Origin: an uncultured Pelagibacteraceae bacterium
GTDB taxonomy: Bacteria > Pseudomonadota > Alphaproteobacteria > Pelagibacterales > Pelagibacteraceae
Reading direction: 5' to 3'
NCBI GenBank assembly: GCA_902515355.1
Contig: CABXUA010000002.1
Location: forward strand, 15,164 to 79,163
Length of the DNA: 64,000 nucleotides
Position 1 is the stretch's first letter; the number at the start of each line of letters is the position of its first letter. A program made the position numbers and the translations under genes. Below are positions 55,295 through 61,692 of the stretch, piece after piece. The notes below the pieces were generated by a model that saw nothing but the letters and a program-made list of their open reading frames with translations, had not been told where the DNA came from and searched no databases.

Positions 55295-56178
55295 TTTCTA
55301 CATAGTGACATTAATTTAACAATCATTGAAGAATCAATTTTTTCAATTGAGCTTGAAATTTGGGCTTTTCTTAAAATTTCGTGAAGCGATCTGCCTAAAT
55401 GATTAATTGTGCACGGAATATCTTTTCCTTCAAAAAGAACCTTCTTTCTAAAATCAAATCTGTGGGGATAATCTATTTTATCTTCTATCCAAATTTTAGG
55501 ACTTTTAGAATAATAATAATTTTTAGTCACTATAAGACCGTAAATTTCCTCATAAGCACCCTTGTGCTTTGATGAAGGATTTCTTCCTCCTTTAACAGAA
55601 ATTGAAGATTTAAAATTTCTAACAACTATAACTATATCTCCTTTTTTAACTTGTTTTAATATCTCTAAAGAATTTTTTTTTAACGTTGTAGGAAATCCGT
55701 CTGTTCCAGCATCAAAAGTCCTTTTTCTGTTAATTAGTCCAGTCCCTTTTGATCTCATATAATAAATGAAAATTTGTGGTTCTTTATTTTTAACTATATT
55801 TTTTTTGATGCTTTGAAGTGTCTCTTTCGCAATATTTCCAGAGTCTTTTTCAAACCACACAAGGAAATCATCTTTTTTAATTTCAACTTGTTCAACGGGA
55901 AAACTTTCTTTATCTTTTTCTAAAACAATTAAAAAACCATTATTTTCTATTAAAACTGAAATATCATGTCCATGACGGTCAAAATTTGATGTGCTCCACT
56001 CCACTTCTGCAGGTACAATAGTTCCATCGTCTAATTCATTTTTTTGAATATCAGGATAAGAGTCAAATGGTAGACTGTGTTGCGCAGATCTAATCTTTCT
56101 GCCATCCCTTAAGGAATATTTTGAACAATTTTCAGTCCAATATTTAATTAATATTTTTTCCTCTAGCCATTTTTTCAT
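55291..56178 (-). CDS. Putative PD-(D/E)xK-like nuclease fused to an EVE/PUA-like domain (candidate modification-dependent restriction enzyme)
   Basis: N-terminal YPD...AEVEW..SNF..HGHD; C-terminal VKKGDIVIV...G..V...YY...KIW....YPHRFDF. Confidence 0.6.
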   Translation of the reverse strand: MKKWLEEKILIKYWTENCSKYSLRDGRKIRSAQHSLPFDSYPDIQKNELDDGTIVPAEVEWSTSNFDRHGHDISVLIENNGFLIVLEKDKESFPVEQVEIKKDDFLVWFEKDSGNIAKETLQSIKKNIVKNKEPQIFIYYMRSKGTGLINRKRTFDAGTDGFPTTLKKNSLEILKQVKKGDIVIVVRNFKSSISVKGGRNPSSKHKGAYEEIYGLIVTKNYYYSKSPKIWIEDKIDYPHRFDFRKKVLFEGKDIPCTINHLGRSLHEILRKAQISSSIEKIDSSMIVKLMSLCRK

Positions 56179-56194
56179 AAATCTATCCTATCCT

Positions 56195-56223
56195 GACGCA
56201 ATTTCTGACGCAATACCGACGCA
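56195..56223 (+). repeat. Cassette 2 right arm-like repeats
   Basis: GACGCA at 56195, 56207 and 56218. Confidence 0.85.
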
Positions 56224-56296
56224 CTGAAGAACCAGTTTTGGGCTTTAGGTTGTAAAATAATTATTATATAACAAGGATTAACGAAATGAGGTTAAC

Positions 56297-56320
56297 GGCA
56301 CCTGGCAACAGAACGCCCCT
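56297..56320 (+). repeat. att core copy 2
   Basis: GGCACCTGGCAACAGAACGCCCCT, 24/24 identical to the tmRNA 3' end. Confidence 0.97.
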
Positions 56321-56375
56321 TCCTTTTTTAAAATTTATTTGAATTATCAATATCAATTTAAATATACAACCGAAT

Positions 56376-56397
56376 AGGTCGTTGTAAGGACGTAATT
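56376..56397 (+). repeat. Cassette 3 left arm-like repeats
   Basis: AGGTCGT (56376) and AGGACGT (56387), followed by AATT. Confidence 0.7.
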
Positions 56398-57085
56398 AAC
56401 TCAACAAAATATTTTTCATCCATTCGACACGCCTATTAACATCTGGCATATTTATTTCAATTTCTTTCAAATTTTTTGCAAATAATAGATCCCTCACATA
56501 GCTAGACATCGAAAAAACATAAAGCTTAGAAAATTTTTCATGTTTAATATCAATAGAGAAAAATGAGTCTGGTTTTCCAGAAGGATGCATTGCATCCCAA
56601 AATATTAAAAGGGGTTTTTTATTAATTTCCGAATCTCTACCAGCGTTTTCTGATAATTTCATTTCTATAAGTACTTTTTTAGATCCTTCTTTTTTTATTT
56701 TGTTACCTAAAGAAAAATTATCTTCAAAACGTTCTATTCGATGTTTTTTCAATTCCTCTTCTTTGGCATTTATTGAAATTTTTTTACCCCCGATAGCATG
56801 TGCTGACCAATTTTTTATTTCTGTTTGATAATAAGTGATATCGTTTTGATCTTTCACTTCAATCCATGCATCTAATCTTTTCCCCTTTTTTGATTTTTGA
56901 CTGCATACTCTTGATATCAGTCTATAAACTGATCCTGTCGATTTAATATAATGCTCAAATAATGAAAGAGCCAAATCCTCACCAAAAACTGAAACAAGCG
57001 AAGTTGCATCCCCTTTTTTAATTGTACTTGGAGCCTCATCAAAAAATTCTAAAAGCCTCCTTAATTCTAATGTCTTAAATTGCAT
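56396..57085 (-). CDS. Orphan PD-(D/E)xK-fold nuclease (putative defence protein)
   Basis: GE...(helix)...GKRLDAWI...YYQTEIKNWS, a D-Xn-E-x-K catalytic pattern. Confidence 0.55.
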   Translation of the reverse strand: MQFKTLELRRLLEFFDEAPSTIKKGDATSLVSVFGEDLALSLFEHYIKSTGSVYRLISRVCSQKSKKGKRLDAWIEVKDQNDITYYQTEIKNWSAHAIGGKKISINAKEEELKKHRIERFEDNFSLGNKIKKEGSKKVLIEMKLSENAGRDSEINKKPLLIFWDAMHPSGKPDSFFSIDIKHEKFSKLYVFSMSSYVRDLLFAKNLKEIEINMPDVNRRVEWMKNILLS

Positions 57086-57109
57086 TATGTAAAATGTAGC
57101 ACAAAAAAT

Positions 57110-57132
57110 TAGGTCGTAGCTAGGTCGTAATT
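57110..57132 (+). repeat. Second AGGTCGT repeat pair, with no att core beside it
   Basis: TAGGTCGTAGCTAGGTCGTAATT; AGGTCGT at 57111 and 57122. Confidence 0.75.
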
Positions 57133-57152
57133 TCCTTTAAAGTTTTAGATTT

Positions 57153-57971
57153 TTAGTAATTATCAAATAATTTTTTTTGATTACTTTCTAAGTTTCTTAA
57201 TCTTTTTTCAGACATTTTTACATACTCCTTGCTAATATCTATACCAATGAATTTCCTGTTTAAAACTTTTGCCATTCTACAAGTCGTTCCACTTCCACAC
57301 ATTGGGTCTAAAACAACATCTCCTTTTTTGGTCCACGAAAGAATATGATCCTCTGCCAACTTACATGGAAATGGAGCAGAATGATTTTTTGCCTCTTGAT
57401 CCTCTTTCTTTTTACCAACAACATACTGCCAAATGTTACCTTTAATTTTTTTGTTTTTCACTGGATTTGCAAACTTAGTTCTTTTTTGATCATTTTTAGA
57501 ATAGTTTTTGTAAGTTGTAGATCCCAATTTTAAACCTGCATGTAAACTATCAACCATAATCGGATTATGTGTTTTTACAGTCCCTTTGCTGAATACAAAC
57601 ATGTACTCAAATTCATTGGAATATCTTTTCCTGTAAATTTGAGGTATCGGATTTTGTTTTTTAAAAATCATTGTATCATGAAGGTTAAATCCTATTTTTT
57701 GAAAGAAAAGTGCTTGTTTGAAACTGGTTCCAGTTTCTGATCCATTAATTGTTGCATCACCAACAACCCAAACAACAATCCCTCCAGGTGATATGACCTT
57801 AAATAACAATTCAGCAATTTTTTCAAATTCAAATTTATAACCTTTATACGATCTTAAATTATCATATGGAGGAGATGTAATTACTAGATCAATGCTATTT
57901 TCAGATATTTTTTTTAAAATTTCTACACAATCTCCATGTAAAATTTTATTCAAGAATTTGTTGTTTTTCAT
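57153..57971 (-). CDS. Beta-class N4-cytosine/N6-adenine DNA methyltransferase
   Basis: Motif IV TSPPY precedes HSAPFP and motif I VLDPMCGSGTT. Confidence 0.92.
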   Translation of the reverse strand: MKNNKFLNKILHGDCVEILKKISENSIDLVITSPPYDNLRSYKGYKFEFEKIAELLFKVISPGGIVVWVVGDATINGSETGTSFKQALFFQKIGFNLHDTMIFKKQNPIPQIYRKRYSNEFEYMFVFSKGTVKTHNPIMVDSLHAGLKLGSTTYKNYSKNDQKRTKFANPVKNKKIKGNIWQYVVGKKKEDQEAKNHSAPFPCKLAEDHILSWTKKGDVVLDPMCGSGTTCRMAKVLNRKFIGIDISKEYVKMSEKRLRNLESNQKKLFDNY

Positions 57972-58984
57972 TCGATTCTAAATTTATTTATTCTATCAAC
58001 TGTTAATTTATTATGTTTGATAATTTTTACATTATTAAAGAGTTTGTCTGAAATTTCTGACCCAGTATCTGTTATTTCCTCAATTAACTTATCAATATGT
58101 TTATATTTATTGAATAAAGATGCAATTTCACTTTTAGCGTTATTAATATTCTTTTCTAGAAATTTTATTTTATATTTTACATTTTCTTGATTTATCAAAT
58201 TTGCTAATTTATCAAATTCCTTAAATTCCTTAATTTTATTCTTAAATAGATTTTTGATGATTTGATCCCAGTATTTCTTTCTATCATTTGACTTGCCTGC
58301 AAATAACTTTGGATAATCATTTATTAAATCTATTAAATTTTTAGACTTATAATTTGAGATTAAAAAAAACGAAATATGTTCATAAAACAATAGGAGTACT
58401 TTTTTATCAGGATTTGAAACATATTGATAAACATCACTACCTCTCTTCCAATCATGCAGCGATGGAAATGTAATTAGTCCTCCTATTCCTTGTTTGCCAT
58501 ATTTGTCCAACCACTTTTCATAGTCTGCAAGTTTTATTGTGTCTTTTACGTTTGGCGATTTTTGACTTCTTCCCAACCTAAAACTTTTTGCATCACAAAC
58601 TATAGTATTTTTTTTGTCAGAAATAGTTATATCTTCATAACTTGACTTCTGTGTCGGCAATTTTGAATTATTGAATCCAATTAATTTCGCCCAATTATAA
58701 ATAAGAGTCTCGGTAAGTTTTGTGTGCAAAGTCTCCTCGCTTGAATCATGTTCATAACTATCCGGAATATATCCACTATGAAGAATTAAAAAGGCAAGTT
58801 CTTCTTTAGAAAATTTACTTAATTTTAATAAATATCGATCAGTAATTGTATTTGTGTTTCTATTTTTTTCGTATTCTTTAAAATTATTTAATAAAAAATC
58901 TTTGACAAAATCATAACTTTTAAATCTTAACTCTTTTTTTAAAAATTTTTCACCAAAATATTTTTTTAATAAATTTATATCCAT
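57968..58984 (-). CDS. HindIII-family Type II restriction endonuclease
   Basis: GYIPD...SSEETLHTK, D...CDAKSFRLGR, VLLLFYEH resemble my recollection of HindIII motifs; ATGA-coupled to the MTase. Confidence 0.8.
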   Translation of the reverse strand: MDINLLKKYFGEKFLKKELRFKSYDFVKDFLLNNFKEYEKNRNTNTITDRYLLKLSKFSKEELAFLILHSGYIPDSYEHDSSEETLHTKLTETLIYNWAKLIGFNNSKLPTQKSSYEDITISDKKNTIVCDAKSFRLGRSQKSPNVKDTIKLADYEKWLDKYGKQGIGGLITFPSLHDWKRGSDVYQYVSNPDKKVLLLFYEHISFFLISNYKSKNLIDLINDYPKLFAGKSNDRKKYWDQIIKNLFKNKIKEFKEFDKLANLINQENVKYKIKFLEKNINNAKSEIASLFNKYKHIDKLIEEITDTGSEISDKLFNNVKIIKHNKLTVDRINKFRIE

Positions 58985-59067
58985 AAAACATAATAAATTT
59001 TATAATAAAGTATGTCCATTTGTTATAGTCGCAAATGCGAGTATAACACCTGAGGAAAAACTCAAAT

Positions 59068-59146
59068 TACACGAAGTGGAAAGTCAAGAAATCTGTAAAA
59101 TGAGCAAAAGACTACACGAAGTTTTGCACGAAGTTTTTGAAAAAGT
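59068..59146 (+). repeat. Right arm-like repeats of the R-M cassette
   Basis: CACGAAGT at 59070, 59115 and 59127; degenerate GAAAAAGT at 59139. Confidence 0.7.
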
Positions 59147-59181
59147 GTTATATTCTGTATATTATTAATCAAGGGACGAGA

Positions 59182-59195
59182 AACAGAACGCCCCT
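59182..59195 (+). repeat. att core copy 3 (short)
   Basis: AACAGAACGCCCCT, 14/14 identical to the tmRNA 3' end. Confidence 0.88.
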
Positions 59196-59277
59196 CTATA
59201 GAAAGATCTTAAAGCTATTGGTCGCAGTGGCAATCTAAATAATTATATTATTGAATTTTTAAACTATTTTAACCCTT

Positions 59278-59706
59278 ATGAAAAAATTTATTTTAAAAAT
59301 TATATTTATTTTATTCATTTTTAATCCTGCATACAGCGCGGACCAAAATATAGATATGCTAAACAAATCTGGAAAAGAAATTAATGTATATTCGAAAAAA
59401 GTCCTAAATGTAGATGTAGGTGATACTGTTTTTTGGAAATCGGTAAACCCAGGTCATAATGTAGAATTCATTAAAGGTGGAGTACCAGAAGGAGTAGAAA
59501 AATTCAAATCTACTTATAGTAAGGATACCAAGTATACATTTAAAATTCCCGGAATATATGCTTACTGGTGCACTCCACATAAAAGTATGGGAATGATAGG
59601 TTTCATTGTAGTGGGTAACGATAAGTCTAATATAGAAGAAATTAAAAAAATTAAATTTTATGGCAAATCGAAAAAAATTGCGGAAGATTTAATTAATTCT
59701 TTATAA
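59278..59706 (+). CDS. Pseudoazurin-like type-1 copper protein
   Basis: Signal peptide; MLN, VGDTVFW, GHNV and YWCTPHKSMGM give His/Cys/His/Met ligands. Confidence 0.88.
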   Translation: MKKFILKIIFILFIFNPAYSADQNIDMLNKSGKEINVYSKKVLNVDVGDTVFWKSVNPGHNVEFIKGGVPEGVEKFKSTYSKDTKYTFKIPGIYAYWCTPHKSMGMIGFIVVGNDKSNIEEIKKIKFYGKSKKIAEDLINSL

Positions 59707-59727
59707 ATTCTATTGAGGCCTATCCGT

Positions 59728-59746
59728 CTGGTAACAGAGCACACCT
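59728..59746 (+). repeat. Degenerate att core copy 4
   Basis: CTGGTAACAGAGCACACCT vs CTGGCAACAGAACGCCCCT, 15/19 identical. Confidence 0.6.
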
Positions 59747-59825
59747 AAAAAATGTATTTGTTTCCTAAATGTAATAGCAAGCCTAGAGCTATACCAATAA
59801 GAATCCAATAATAAGCTTCTTTCAT
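59745..59825 (-). CDS. Putative 26-aa single-TM small protein
   Basis: MKEAYYWILIGIALGLLLHLGNKYIF; ATG directly follows the stop of the upstream gene. Confidence 0.45.
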   Translation of the reverse strand: MKEAYYWILIGIALGLLLHLGNKYIF

Positions 59826-60197
59826 TTAATCAATAAATTTACTGAGATCAGGCTTAAAGTACTTTGGACCTTTCATTACTTTTCCTTGTTCATTGTAAAT
59901 TGGCTCTCCATCATCACCTAATTTACTCATATTAGAATTTTGAACTTCTTTAAAACAGCTGTCTAAATCTATTCCAAAAGCATGTCCTGCTCCATAAGTA
60001 ACATAAAGTATATCAGTCAATGCATCTGCGACCTCTTTGATATCTTTTTTTTCAACTGCCTCCTTGAATTCATCTAATTCTTCTTTAATTAAATTTAAAC
60101 GAAGCTTAATGATTTTTTCATCAGGAAATTCTGCCTTGTTTTTAACTTCTTGGCCAAATTTTTGCATAAACGTTTTTACACTTTCAAAATTGCTCAT
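59826..60197 (-). CDS. MazG-like all-alpha NTP pyrophosphohydrolase
   Basis: LIKEELDEF...[15 protein letters not shown]...EVQNSNMSK...GKVMKGP. Confidence 0.88.
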   Translation of the reverse strand: MSNFESVKTFMQKFGQEVKNKAEFPDEKIIKLRLNLIKEELDEFKEAVEKKDIKEVADALTDILYVTYGAGHAFGIDLDSCFKEVQNSNMSKLGDDGEPIYNEQGKVMKGPKYFKPDLSKFID

Positions 60198-60257
60198 AAT
60201 TTCTCCAATAGTAATTTGTTTTATATTAAATCAGGGTGTATTATATTAAAATCACAA

Positions 60258-61646
60258 ATGAAATACAGAACTGAATTTGATAGTCTAGGAAAAATCAAAG
60301 TACCTGGTGATAAGTATTGGGGAGCCTCGACCCAAAGATCTAATAAATATTTCGATATAGGGGATTTTCTTGTAAGACCCATATTAATTCAATCAATTGC
60401 GATTGTAAAAAAAGCTGCAGCCATAGTTAATGTAAAAAATAAAGACTTAGATAAACGTATAGGTAATTATATTATTAAGGCATCGAATGAAATAATAAGT
60501 GGAAAACTCAAAGAAAATTTTCCTTTAAAGGTCTGGCAGACTGGCTCCGGAACTCAAACAAATATGAATGTTAATGAGGTAATTGCAAATAGAGCCATAC
60601 AAATGATGGGTGGTAAAATGGGAACTAAAAAACCAGTACATCCAAATGATCACGTAAACAAATCACAATCAACTAATGATGTATTTCCTACAGGAATGCA
60701 CATAGCAATAGCCTTAAAAGCAAATAAAAAATTATTACCTTCACTTAGACTCTTAGAAAGTGAGCTTAAAAAAAAAGTGAAACAATTCAACAAAATTGTT
60801 AAAGTTGGAAGGACACATTTACAAGACGCAACCCCTTTAACTTTAGGTCAAGAATTCTCTGGGTATCACTCTCAACTAAAAAAATGTATTGAAAGAATTG
60901 AGGGAGCTTTGGATGAAATATACTGTTTGGCACAAGGCGGTACTGCAGTCGGGACAGGTTTAAATACAAAAAAAAATTTTGATAAAAAGATTGTTTCTGA
61001 GATTAAAAAAATAACAAAATTACCTTTTAAAATTGCACCAAATAAATTTGCTGCTTTAGCAGCCCATGACTCGATTGTTAATTTTTCTGGAACTATGAAT
61101 ACTACTGCTGTGTGTCTGATGAAAATTGCAAACGATATTAGATTTTTAGGGTCTGGTCCTAGAGCAGGTTATGGAGAATTGATACTTCCAGAAAATGAAC
61201 CAGGCTCATCTATAATGCCAGGAAAAGTAAATCCTACTCAATGCGAAGCTGTTACAATGGTTTGTGTAAAAGTAATCGGTAATCATAACGGAATAACAAT
61301 GGCAGGTTCTCACGGACATTTTGAGTTAAATGTTTTCAAACCCTTAATTATCCATAATATACTCCAATCAATAAATATTATGTCAGACTCCTCTAAGGCA
61401 TTTGCTAAATATTGTATAAAAGGTATTAAAGCTGATAAGAAAAGAATTAAATCTTTATTGGATAATTCGCTAATGTTAGTTACGGCATTATCACCTAAAA
61501 TTGGATATGATAAAGCTGCTAAAATTGCAAAAGCAGCTCATAAAAACGGAACCACACTAAAACATGAGGTTATCAAATCAGGCGCTTTAAACGAGAAGGA
61601 GTATGATAAAATTATGAATCCTGTTTTAATGACTAAGCCAAAATAA
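60258..61646 (+). CDS. fumC: Fumarate hydratase class II (true start MKYRTE at 60258)
   Basis: [31 protein letters not shown]. Confidence 0.97.
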   Translation: MKYRTEFDSLGKIKVPGDKYWGASTQRSNKYFDIGDFLVRPILIQSIAIVKKAAAIVNVKNKDLDKRIGNYIIKASNEIISGKLKENFPLKVWQTGSGTQTNMNVNEVIANRAIQMMGGKMGTKKPVHPNDHVNKSQSTNDVFPTGMHIAIALKANKKLLPSLRLLESELKKKVKQFNKIVKVGRTHLQDATPLTLGQEFSGYHSQLKKCIERIEGALDEIYCLAQGGTAVGTGLNTKKNFDKKIVSEIKKITKLPFKIAPNKFAALAAHDSIVNFSGTMNTTAVCLMKIANDIRFLGSGPRAGYGELILPENEPGSSIMPGKVNPTQCEAVTMVCVKVIGNHNGITMAGSHGHFELNVFKPLIIHNILQSINIMSDSSKAFAKYCIKGIKADKKRIKSLLDNSLMLVTALSPKIGYDKAAKIAKAAHKNGTTLKHEVIKSGALNEKEYDKIMNPVLMTKPK

Positions 61647-61692
61647 TATCGATTAAAATTTTTTCAATAAGTATTATGTACTTAATTTCAAT

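Larger units (their letters stand above)
53560..59746. mobile_element. tmRNA-anchored island: tandem array of integrase-less cassettes
   Basis: Four downstream copies of the tmRNA 3' end, cassette-specific periodic direct repeats, accessory cargo interrupting the thyX-ssrA...fumC core. Confidence 0.85.

Noticed and set aside
53535-59195. CRISPR array interpretation of the 24-25-bp repeats
   Set aside because: The intervals are 0.7-2.9 kb and contain genes, the repeat is the tmRNA 3' end, and there are no cas genes
53560-59746. Classical integron or intact prophage
   Set aside because: No intI, attC-type hairpins, integrase, structural or replication genes are recognisable
60150-60257. N-terminal extension of fumC
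   Set aside because: It overlaps the divergent MazG-like gene; FumC homology begins at MKYRTE (60258)
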